Positions 9,481 to 17,628 of a stretch of 32,000 nucleotides of DNA are shown here, piece by piece. The notes below the pieces were generated by a model. That model did not search any database and was not told the origin of the DNA. It saw only the letters and a list, made by a program, of their open reading frames with translations. Made by a program: the position numbers and the translations under genes. Every line of letters starts with the position of its first letter. Within the stretch, counting starts at the first letter, position 1. Source of the DNA: an uncultured Erysipelotrichaceae bacterium (GTDB lineage Bacteria > Bacillota_I > Bacilli_A > Erysipelotrichales > Erysipelotrichaceae); NCBI GenBank assembly GCA_964401865.1, contig CAYNZZ010000006.1, forward strand, positions 41,870-73,869, read 5' to 3'.

Positions 9481-10665
9481 CTATATTAAATTAAAAAATT
9501 CTTCTACCACTTCAGTGAAATCACCACATACGATTAAATGGTGATTACCGATAGGATCGTTCAAGAAATAATCAACACCATCATCTAAATGTACCATAAT
9601 TTGCGTGCGGCACAAATTATTTTCATTTAAGTTCTTAATGATTTCGCCCTTTTGAACATAGTATCTCGATAAATCACCAGCACATTTAAACATGGTACAT
9701 TTTCCTAATGGAATCTCACCTGCAATTGCCACTCCTAAATTAGATTCAAAGTGCGTGTTTAATTTATAGCTACACGGCATATTTAATGGAAGCGTACAAT
9801 GAGCCAATGTGATATTTTTATCAGTCGTGCTTATCCTTGAAGGATTGCACATAAATACCGGTTTGTCGCTCAATTCTCCAAGCAATACCATCGAAACAAG
9901 TGTTTGCATGTCTCCTTCGCATCCACCATAAATTCCACAAGCATTTAAAATGGCTAATCCTAAGCAACCAGTAGTCTTGAATGGTTTTAATAAATCAAAG
10001 CATCTAACGGTTATTGCCTTTAAATTGTATTCATCTTTTATTCTCTTGAATGCTCCATAAACATATAAAGCATTTTCCAACTCATCTCTATCAAAATCAT
10101 GGTTTTTCAAATCAAGAGTAAATTCATCATCTTCATATTGATTCTTAGATATTTCTTCAAATACTTCCTGCATTGAAACATGCACAACTTCCATACCTAG
10201 TGTATCATTGATTTTTTCTTCATCAACATCAGAAGCAATCAACCAATCAGAAGCTTCTCCTAATTTGCCTAAACGCATACCCTTTAAATTATGTAACACC
10301 ATCTTTACTTTAACTAAATTATTTAAGCGTTTTGCAACATCATCAACATCACCATGAAGAATAAGACCTTTCTTACCCATTTTCTTGAAATAAGATAAAA
10401 TCTCTAAACTGGCTGCCAAGGAATTATTTTCGCCAGTAGTCAATAGAATAACAGGTTCCTGAAATTTATTAATCAACGCTTTTAATTTTCCTTCGGTGCC
10501 ACCACCACCAATTAATATAACTTCACTCGCATTATCGACATGATTATCTATATGAAATCTCATTCCTGTCTTTAAACTTAACTCATTTAAAAATACTTCA
10601 TTATGTTCTTTATGAATTTCTTCATTTTCATTATCACTTAGAAAAAAATGTACATTTACATCCAT
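9481..10665 (-). CDS. FucI/AraA-like sugar isomerase family protein (tentative)
   Basis: The ORF is solid. The start is moved to ATG 10665 (MDVNVHFF), which has a GGAGG RBS 7 nt upstream, because the track start at 10719 overlaps the upstream terminator. The GGCEGDMQT and PIGNHHLIVCGD motifs recall the fucose/arabinose isomerase family. The function is uncertain. Confidence 0.5.
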   Translation of the reverse strand: MDVNVHFFLSDNENEEIHKEHNEVFLNELSLKTGMRFHIDNHVDNASEVILIGGGGTEGKLKALINKFQEPVILLTTGENNSLAASLEILSYFKKMGKKGLILHGDVDDVAKRLNNLVKVKMVLHNLKGMRLGKLGEASDWLIASDVDEEKINDTLGMEVVHVSMQEVFEEISKNQYEDDEFTLDLKNHDFDRDELENALYVYGAFKRIKDEYNLKAITVRCFDLLKPFKTTGCLGLAILNACGIYGGCEGDMQTLVSMVLLGELSDKPVFMCNPSRISTTDKNITLAHCTLPLNMPCSYKLNTHFESNLGVAIAGEIPLGKCTMFKCAGDLSRYYVQKGEIIKNLNENNLCRTQIMVHLDDGVDYFLNDPIGNHHLIVCGDFTEVVEEFFNLI

Positions 10666-10717
10666 AAAAGTTCCTCCACATTCAATTTTATATGATAAAT
10701 CTTCTATAAACAAATAC

Positions 10718-10754
10718 AAAAAAATGGCTTGGTAGCTATTTAGCCATCAAGCCA
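10718..10754 (-). terminator. Rho-independent terminator after the bile salt hydrolase gene
   Basis: Imperfect ~13-bp hairpin at 10725-10754 (tggcttggtagcta / tagccatcaagcca). It is followed on the minus strand by seven T (A-run 10718-10724). Confidence 0.75.
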
Positions 10755-10771
10755 CATTTAATAGATTGAAT

Positions 10772-11749
10772 TCATTTATTGATAAAATTAAATTTTTCAA
10801 CATCTTTAATAGGGTAGCTAATCATTTCATTTCCATCTAGATTCTCAGCATGCATATCAAGCGCATTAATTTGATGATTATTGTATGTAGTATAGTAATA
10901 AATACCCTTATCTAAGTTGCAACAAGATGTATAAATAGTATATTCATATGCACCTTTTCTAACTTCGCAACAACCCTTTTGCTGCTCAACAGATGCAAGA
11001 ATATGGAAAAACTGACTAACACTTTCCATTTCATTATCGTAAGTAAAAGAATTGACTTTCGTAAATGCCGCCTTGATAAAGCGTGATTGCGAAGATAAAT
11101 CACCCGGCAAACCAATGCCGCCCATTCCTCGACTATATATTTTTAGCGGTACTCCAAAATGATTTTCAGGATCCTTATTAGAAACATTAATATAATTATT
11201 CAAATTGAACATTTGATAATCAAATGGTGGATTATTAGTCAATATGCCAATTGTATTATCATAAATATTCAAGCCGTCTTTTGTTGCCTCAACCGTGATT
11301 GTTTCTCTGTTATCGGAAATTAACCAATGCAAAGCGGCAATAGGAAGTTTATCACTATATGGTTCATCAAGCAAATTTATGCGTGCCAATAATCTTTTAA
11401 CTTCTTCAATATTTGCGCATTGTCCTAAAACCCACGGAATAAACTCAAATTGAGTAATATTGTCTACATCATCATTTTCATTAAGCTTATTATATTTCGC
11501 ATTACCAACAAAATTAAGCCCCGCCATACCTAAGCCAGCCTCATTGATTGCATCATAAAATAATGGATCTTCATCTATAACACAAGCCATTCCGATTATC
11601 GAATAATGATTATCATTTAAACCAGCATGTCTGAAATGAAACGGATATTTCCTAGGTGTGATTACAACTTTTTCACCATAAGAAAAATCATAATCTAAAT
11701 TTCTTCCAAAATAAGCATCCTTTGAAAAATAAGTCGCTGCAGTACACAT
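10772..11749 (-). CDS. bsh: choloylglycine (bile salt) hydrolase, Ntn-hydrolase family
   Basis: The N-terminus MCTAATYFSKDAYFGRNLDY carries the Cys2 nucleophile. Length is 325 aa and the RBS is AAGAGGTGA. This is the typical linear amide C-N hydrolase signature. Confidence 0.85.
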   Translation of the reverse strand: MCTAATYFSKDAYFGRNLDYDFSYGEKVVITPRKYPFHFRHAGLNDNHYSIIGMACVIDEDPLFYDAINEAGLGMAGLNFVGNAKYNKLNENDDVDNITQFEFIPWVLGQCANIEEVKRLLARINLLDEPYSDKLPIAALHWLISDNRETITVEATKDGLNIYDNTIGILTNNPPFDYQMFNLNNYINVSNKDPENHFGVPLKIYSRGMGGIGLPGDLSSQSRFIKAAFTKVNSFTYDNEMESVSQFFHILASVEQQKGCCEVRKGAYEYTIYTSCCNLDKGIYYYTTYNNHQINALDMHAENLDGNEMISYPIKDVEKFNFINK

Positions 11750-11955
11750 ATTATCACCTCTTAGCTTCTATACTTTCAGTGTAATCTTTAAAATCTAAAA
11801 ATACAATAATGGATATTTTCGCACCATCTAAAGAATACACTTTGATCTACAGTATTGGAATATTAAGATATTTGATGTCTTATGATTAAATATTCTTTAT
11901 AATGTGTGTGAATTAATAACGTCAAATTGTAATTTTATGCTCTGTAAACTTCTAA

Positions 11956-12279
11956 TTATTTATATTCTTCAATAAATTCTTTTTCGATAAATTCCATAGT
12001 TGAAGACAAGTCACTATATCCTTTATAGCATGGCCATCCTTCAGGATTATTATTAGAATACGTCAAATGATATATCCTATATTCACCATCAAACAAAAAC
12101 AGAACGTCATCTTTGGACTCGCATTTTGCTATTGAGGCGATTGTTTTGTCATGCGCTTTGTCACCTAATTCTTTTTTTAACTCTTCAATGAAATAATGAT
12201 TTGAAAAAGGGATCATCGTCCAATTGAAATCATCCCCGTATTTTTCATCAAAAACGGAAAACCAGTCTTCTGCAGTCAT
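11956..12279 (-). CDS. hypothetical protein (107 aa), last gene of the RhuM/recombinase unit
   Basis: ORF with a GGAG RBS, 50 nt downstream of the recombinase gene on the same strand. I recognise no motif. Confidence 0.5.
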   Translation of the reverse strand: MTAEDWFSVFDEKYGDDFNWTMIPFSNHYFIEELKKELGDKAHDKTIASIAKCESKDDVLFLFDGEYRIYHLTYSNNNPEGWPCYKGYSDLSSTMEFIEKEFIEEYK

Positions 12280-12329
12280 ATTTTTAATCTCCTTTAGAAT
12301 CCTTAGATTAGTGCAACAAATTAATCTCT

Positions 12330-13013
12330 CTATTTATTAATATCACTGGAAACGACCTTAGCATACTTGGAGAAGGTGTTTCTAGAGATATGATGCTTTC
12401 TTAAAAGTTCTGCAATGGAAATAGTCTTTTCACCAACATTCTGGCAAAGGTACTTCCTTATATCCTCTTTAAGTTCATCATTCATCTTATCTAAATGACC
12501 AATAGCTCTTCCTGGCTTTTTGTCAGAGGCAGCCATGCCATCTTTTGTACGCTTGGATAATGTCAATCTTTCCTGTTCTGCTCTATTGAGTTCAACAATC
12601 AGCAAAAGCTTAACAGTTGATTCTAAAGATACCTGCGCAACAAGATCCTGCTGCTCAGCAACACGAAGCAATTCTTTAATATACGCAGTAGAAACTGTTG
12701 GATTATCAATGAAGACAAGCTCTATGCCCTTCTTCATTAAACTCATGTATTTGTCATAACCATTAAGGGCTTCTCTTGTAAACCTTGAGATGTCTTTAAA
12801 GACGATGGTATCTCCAACTCTCGCCAATGCTTCCAGTTTTTGCCATTCTTTTCTGTTTTCAAAAGACTTGCCTGATTCATCTTCCATATAGCTTACAGAA
12901 TAGATGATGTTATTATCCCTGGCATACTGCTCTAAAGCTTTTTGCTGTCTGGCATACTTCTGTTTCTGTCTTTCTTCTTTTGTTGATATTCTCATGTAAG
13001 CAAAATAAGCCAT
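12330..13013 (-). CDS. small serine recombinase (resolvase/invertase family)
   Basis: N-terminal YMRISTKEERQKQ matches the catalytic Y-x-R-x-S-T motif. C-terminal HTH (ISIAELLRKHHISRNTFSKYAK). Length is 227 aa. Its ATG overlaps the TAA of the upstream gene (TAATG at 13011-13015). Confidence 0.8.
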   Translation of the reverse strand: MAYFAYMRISTKEERQKQKYARQQKALEQYARDNNIIYSVSYMEDESGKSFENRKEWQKLEALARVGDTIVFKDISRFTREALNGYDKYMSLMKKGIELVFIDNPTVSTAYIKELLRVAEQQDLVAQVSLESTVKLLLIVELNRAEQERLTLSKRTKDGMAASDKKPGRAIGHLDKMNDELKEDIRKYLCQNVGEKTISIAELLRKHHISRNTFSKYAKVVSSDINK

Positions 13014-13960
13014 TAGTCATGACCTCCCAGGAAATTCATGATCAATGTTACCATTGTTTCCTTCTCTTCTGGCCTGCTCTCTGCCACCATCAAAGTAATT
13101 GCCACTAAAGCACTATTAGAAATGACCTGGCTTCCATTTCTTCTTAATGCATTATTCTTATTTAAAAACTCAAGGAATATTGAAGCACCAATTCTCTTGC
13201 AGCCATCCGCAAAAGGGTGGTCCTTGATAAGGAAATAGAGAAGATTGGCAGCCTTCTCTTCAATGCTTGGATATACTTCCGTACCAAAGACATTCTGATA
13301 AACTGCTTCCAAAATACCATTCAGTTTGCCCTTCTCCTTTTCAACGCCAAATACATCAGAGTTAAACTTCATAGAATCAATCAGTTTTCTGCATTCCTCA
13401 TAGTTAAGACGATAAAGGGTATCATTGCCTTCTGGACGGTTTAAACTCTGATGATCATAGTCATCTAGAAGATCCAAGGCCTTTGTATATTCAATTACAA
13501 CCTTATAGACATCTTCCCCTTCAAACTCTAGTGCAGAAGCCAGCATCTTGGACTGAATCTCAATTGTCTTATTCAAAGACTCGAGTCTTTTCTCGTTGAT
13601 GGCATAACCCTTGAGAATGTAATCTTTCAAAACTGAACTTGCCCATCTTCTGAAGGCAATGCCCTGTTTTGACTTGACACGATATCCAACAGAAATGATC
13701 ATATCCAAGTTATAATGTTCTACCATTCGAGTTACGTCTCTTGTTCCTTCAGCTTGAACTGTCGCAAATTTTGCGACAGTTGAAAGTTCCGCCTCTTCCT
13801 TAAGAGCATTGTTGATATGTTTACCTATTGTTTTGATGTCTCTTCCGAATAATTGAGCCAACTGTTCACGATTTAGCCATACAGTTTCCTGCTTTGGATC
13901 AATCTGAACTTCTATTTCGAGTTCACCATCTTTATAAATAACTATTTCATTTCTATCCAT
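13013..13960 (-). CDS. RhuM-family N-terminal domain fused to a Doc/Fic-like domain
   Basis: RhuM signature VAKFATVQAEGTRDVTRMVEHYNLDMIISVGYRVKSKQGIAFRRWASSVLKDYILKGY. The C-terminal HPFADGCKR (13219..13193) resembles the Doc motif HxFx(D/N)(A/G)NKR, with Cys in place of Asn. Confidence 0.8.
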   Translation of the reverse strand: MDRNEIVIYKDGELEIEVQIDPKQETVWLNREQLAQLFGRDIKTIGKHINNALKEEAELSTVAKFATVQAEGTRDVTRMVEHYNLDMIISVGYRVKSKQGIAFRRWASSVLKDYILKGYAINEKRLESLNKTIEIQSKMLASALEFEGEDVYKVVIEYTKALDLLDDYDHQSLNRPEGNDTLYRLNYEECRKLIDSMKFNSDVFGVEKEKGKLNGILEAVYQNVFGTEVYPSIEEKAANLLYFLIKDHPFADGCKRIGASIFLEFLNKNNALRRNGSQVISNSALVAITLMVAESRPEEKETMVTLIMNFLGGHD

Positions 13961-13985
13961 GTTTAGTTGTCTCCTTATAAAGTAG

Positions 13986-14057
13986 TATATCGTGCGATAT
14001 ATTGATTACCCAGATTATACTATTCAAAATAGTCAAAATCCATTATTTTGACTATTT
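13986..14057 (-). promoter_or_regulatory. promoter/operator region of the RhuM-recombinase unit: two palindromes flanking a TATAAT box
   Basis: Perfect 13-bp inverted repeat aaatagtcaaaat (14027-14039) / attttgactattt (14045-14057) with a 5-nt spacer. Minus-strand TATAAT at 14019..14014. Second palindrome tatatcg-tg-cgatata at 13986-14001 in the leader. Confidence 0.45.
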
Positions 14058-14080
14058 AATCAATATCGATTATTTATTTT

Positions 14081-14115
14081 TAAAAAATGACCATCCTTTT
14101 TCAGAATTGGCCATT
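14081..14115 (-). terminator. possible terminator of the eight-gene operon
   Basis: 8-bp stem (14086-14093 / 14108-14115; the one non-Watson-Crick pair is G.U only on the minus strand) with a 14-nt loop, then a T-run on the minus strand. The large loop lowers confidence. Confidence 0.3.
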
Positions 14116-14283
14116 TTTAGGCATTTTAAGCAACGTTTTGTGTTGGATGATGAGTATCATTAACTGAACGAATTTAACCGGTCAATTTTGGATCACTTTT
14201 CTCATTCTACAAAACGTTATGAAAATGAAACAGCATGCCATATCACGCCAATTCATTCCTTAGTCCAATCACAGATAAGTGTA

Positions 14284-14493
14284 TTATTGGTTTTCTGGAA
14301 GGACTTCCATAACATCATCTATACTACATTCAAAATGTTTGCATATTTTGACCATTACTTCCATAGATACAATTTCATTCTTGCCAAGTTTTGCTAGAGT
14401 AGGACCACTGATTCCAACTTGCTTTGCAAACTGTGTTTTGCTTAATCCTTTATCAACGAGAAGTTTAAACAGATTGTTGTATTTGACATCCAT
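14284..14493 (-). CDS. XRE/Cro-type helix-turn-helix regulator (69 aa), copy 2
   Basis: MDVKYNNLFKLLVDKGLSKTQFAKQVGISGPTLAKLGKNEIVSMEVMVKICKHFECSIDDVM is a typical short HTH_XRE protein. AGGAG RBS. The gene starts 11 nt after the DGQHR gene stop. Confidence 0.8.
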   Translation of the reverse strand: MDVKYNNLFKLLVDKGLSKTQFAKQVGISGPTLAKLGKNEIVSMEVMVKICKHFECSIDDVMEVLPENQ

Positions 14494-14504
14494 ATCCTGA
14501 CTCC

Positions 14505-16811
14505 TTACAAAGTTAAAATGTTCATAATCCAGTCATAGATAGACTTAACATAGCTGTATTCATCAACAGGAACACTGTAGCTATCTTTTGCAAGCTTATT
14601 ATGGATAGAATTGACCTTAATAATCCAATCTGTCTTAACATCTTTTCCGCCTTTTAACTTTTCTTCTTCAGGGCGAACAAAGGTATCTTCGAAATGCATC
14701 GACCAGTTATTACCATTCAATAAGATTGGCTTACATTCAGAGAACGGAACATAATCCCAAATTGGAATTTCTACATCTTCACCATCATTGCTAATTAGCT
14801 CATACATAGCCTCATCAGCAAGACCTTTTGCCTTTGTATAGATGTTCTTCGGTACTCCTTTGACTAACCAACTATCTCCGTAATAGTCTTGCAATCTTTC
14901 GGAAATAATTGACTTTACCTTGCTTTCAATATCTTCAATCATTGCTTTAGTCTCGTCGTTGTAAATCTTCGTTTCATTTAACCAGTATTCCTCTAAACCA
15001 ACCGGTTTGAAATCCGGTCTAGCGTCAGCGATTGCCTTTTGATATGCTCTCCAGAACCTAGTGTCTGCTCCACCACCAAAATAACCTCTTAAGTCTTTCT
15101 TTTGTTCAGCAGTCATTTTATTGATATAGTCCGATAGTGGCTTTAGATAATAACTTATCAAACCGAACATATCGTCTGCATCTTGTTTCTTTGGTTCGAT
15201 CATTCCTTTGTCAACAAGCATGCACACAACATCATCCAACACCCTAATTACAGCTTGCATGCCTCTATTCATTGTCAACATACCACTGTCTTTATCGCCC
15301 TTGTCCCATTCATCCAGACATGCCTCTCTGAGGTATAAAAGGCATTTTTCTAGGAAAGGATAGAAAAGATCACACGTCTCTTGATTTTGCCCACAATCAA
15401 AAGTTCCTTCTTTTTGAAGGACATTCTTTTTGCCATATGTATTGAAGAAATTGCTTTTCTTTAATGCAACTTGGATAGCTTCAACAGTAATACATCTTTC
15501 AGGCGTTACTTCATTTTCACCTATTACAACTCTGCCATGTAAAGGAGATGTGGGTTCTTCGCCAAGCATCTGTGCAATTTTTGATCTTAGCGCCTGTCTC
15601 TGTTCACCTAAATCGCTCGATTCCCATAACATATCTGCATTCAATGTTACACGCAATGACTTCGGAACAGCTTTTTGGTTTTCATTGATATCCATGAACA
15701 GCTTTATTTGTTCTGTTCTTTCCAAATCAACAAATGCAACGACAGGTATCGTGTTAGTTGAGGCATATTTAGAATCTGAGTAACCATAAAGACGATGTTG
15801 CCCATCAATGATATACGCAGATCTATATCTCTTAGGAATATGTAAGACACCAATTTTAGATAAAGTTCCTTCTACTCTAGTAGATGATTGATCAAAAGTT
15901 AATCCCTTTCCGTTAGCGTCAATGCTGATGATGATTGAGTTTGGGAAATACCCTCCATTGTCAATAAATGATTTAACATCTTGTAATCTTTTCTTCTTAA
16001 TAATTCTTTGATAAGTAGGCATCATATTCTGGTTAGCTTCAGAGCGATGCAGCACATAGCCAATCTTTAATAATCTCTCCGGCTCAATCGAAAATGAGTA
16101 ATATGTATATCCACCCATTTTTCCTTGAATCGCAGGAACTCTGTCATCCATGTTTTTAATTTCCTGATTGGCAAATAGATTACCCAATAACTGGTATCTT
16201 GAACTTGAACCCAAATGTTTTGATAATTCTGAGTAGTACTCAACGGCAGAGTTATCAAAAAAGGTAATTCCATATTTATCAAGCTGAGCTAAGTCACGTC
16301 TATTTGTTATAAAGTTTCGTGATGCCCAGATAAATTTTATTTTTCTTCCTGGATATTGTTGGAGTATCTCCTTCCTCATGCCTTGTAGTTTGTTTCCGAA
16401 ATCATTTATTTCCTCATAGAAGCTCTTTTCAACGACAACATCAGAAGCTTTACATACAACTGCCAGTATTGTCTCGTCATCCGCTGCGATAATATCAATG
16501 TTTTCCTTTAATTTTGGATCATGAAAATCATAAGCAACCCTAACGCTTTCAAGAGAATTCATATTTGTAAAACCCATACTCAAAAAGAGTATCCATAGCT
16601 GATCTGTAAACTGTTCAATAGCTGGTTTTTCTTTTGAAACTGCAACAAACTTCGGATTCTTGAATTCCTTGGTTTTTTCCCAACCGAGGTCCACATATTT
16701 CGGAAGTTCAGATGCTAAGACCTTCTGGGTAACATCTTTCTTTTTTCTAGAATTCTTAATCGGCACTAAATCTTTTCCAGATACCATTACATCCCAATTA
16801 GTTCTTTCCAT
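14505..16811 (-). CDS. DGQHR-domain (DndB-like, ParB/Srx-fold) protein, 768 aa with extra N- and C-terminal regions
   Basis: YIIDGQHRLYGY is encoded at 15806..15792 (gat ggg caa cat cgt), followed by FMDINENQKAVPKSL. AAGGAGG RBS. The start overlaps the methylase stop by 14 nt. Confidence 0.75.
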   Translation of the reverse strand: MERTNWDVMVSGKDLVPIKNSRKKKDVTQKVLASELPKYVDLGWEKTKEFKNPKFVAVSKEKPAIEQFTDQLWILFLSMGFTNMNSLESVRVAYDFHDPKLKENIDIIAADDETILAVVCKASDVVVEKSFYEEINDFGNKLQGMRKEILQQYPGRKIKFIWASRNFITNRRDLAQLDKYGITFFDNSAVEYYSELSKHLGSSSRYQLLGNLFANQEIKNMDDRVPAIQGKMGGYTYYSFSIEPERLLKIGYVLHRSEANQNMMPTYQRIIKKKRLQDVKSFIDNGGYFPNSIIISIDANGKGLTFDQSSTRVEGTLSKIGVLHIPKRYRSAYIIDGQHRLYGYSDSKYASTNTIPVVAFVDLERTEQIKLFMDINENQKAVPKSLRVTLNADMLWESSDLGEQRQALRSKIAQMLGEEPTSPLHGRVVIGENEVTPERCITVEAIQVALKKSNFFNTYGKKNVLQKEGTFDCGQNQETCDLFYPFLEKCLLYLREACLDEWDKGDKDSGMLTMNRGMQAVIRVLDDVVCMLVDKGMIEPKKQDADDMFGLISYYLKPLSDYINKMTAEQKKDLRGYFGGGADTRFWRAYQKAIADARPDFKPVGLEEYWLNETKIYNDETKAMIEDIESKVKSIISERLQDYYGDSWLVKGVPKNIYTKAKGLADEAMYELISNDGEDVEIPIWDYVPFSECKPILLNGNNWSMHFEDTFVRPEEEKLKGGKDVKTDWIIKVNSIHNKLAKDSYSVPVDEYSYVKSIYDWIMNILTL

Positions 16812-17628
16812 CCTTTACCTCCTTCTCTGGTATGTTAGTGAATATGTATTCTTTTACTAACCCTCTTCTAGCGTTTCGGCCACCAATAACACTGTTTCTA
16901 TTTTCGACTATCAGTCTTCCTTTGCTTGCAAATATATCAACAATTGTTTCGTGTGCCGCATTTGTCATAATGTAGTACGCTCCAACGCTATTTATATGGT
17001 CAATTAATTCCCCTAACCTTCTTTGATCGTCCATTGAGAATAATTTAGCGTTGTATTGAAGAAAGCCGTTTTTTACTTCCGCAACAACATATGGAGGATC
17101 AAGAAACACCAAATCTCCTTTTTTTATATTCTTTTTTGAATCGGAAAAATCACCAGTACTAATTGTTGTGTTTTGTAGTTTACAACTTGCCCATTTTAAT
17201 TTATCTATGTCGTGTGTATAATTTCGATGCCCATACGGAACGTTGTATTTACCTTGACGATTGACGCGATATATTCCGTTAAACGACGTTGCGTTCAAGT
17301 AGATGAACTTTGCGGCTTTCTCACATAAAGTGTTTGGTTCAGATGATCGCATTGCATAATAGGCATCCTCTCCATTTTCATAGTTTTCTAAAACACCGGA
17401 AACACCATCTAAATCATCCCTTATTTGAACATAAGCATTAATTAAATCCTCATTTATATCAGATAAATACGCTTGCTTATCTCGCTCTAATGAAAAGAAA
17501 ATAGATGCACCACCTAAAAATGGTTCAATATAATTATTAAACTCCAATCCATCGATTAGTTCTTTCACAAAAGGGATCAGCCATTTTTTCCCTCCGGCCC
17601 AACGCAAAAAAGAATGATTATTCATCAT
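16798..17628 (-). CDS. Dam-family (D12 class) N6-adenine DNA methyltransferase
   Basis: N-terminal FLRWAGGKKWL and EPFLGGASIFF (AdoMet binding). The catalytic DPPY is encoded at 17100..17089. Length is 276 aa. Confidence 0.85.
   Translation of the reverse strand: MMNNHSFLRWAGGKKWLIPFVKELIDGLEFNNYIEPFLGGASIFFSLERDKQAYLSDINEDLINAYVQIRDDLDGVSGVLENYENGEDAYYAMRSSEPNTLCEKAAKFIYLNATSFNGIYRVNRQGKYNVPYGHRNYTHDIDKLKWASCKLQNTTISTGDFSDSKKNIKKGDLVFLDPPYVVAEVKNGFLQYNAKLFSMDDQRRLGELIDHINSVGAYYIMTNAAHETIVDIFASKGRLIVENRNSVIGGRNARRGLVKEYIFTNIPEKEVKDGKN

Noticed and set aside
11893-11914. Similarity between ttctttataatgtgtgtgaatt (11893-11914) and tcttttataatatgtgtaagtt (31402-31423) as possible island-flanking direct repeats
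   Set aside because: The match is imperfect, needs indels, and is AT-rich and dominated by a TATAAT-like word. It may be two unrelated promoters, so it is not enough to call att sites.
14245-14252. ACGCCAAT octamer shared with the operon promoter region (26765-26772; TCGCCAAT at 26803-26810)
   Set aside because: A single extra 8-mer match in 32 kb on two strands is about what chance predicts, so it is not used as evidence for a distal operator.
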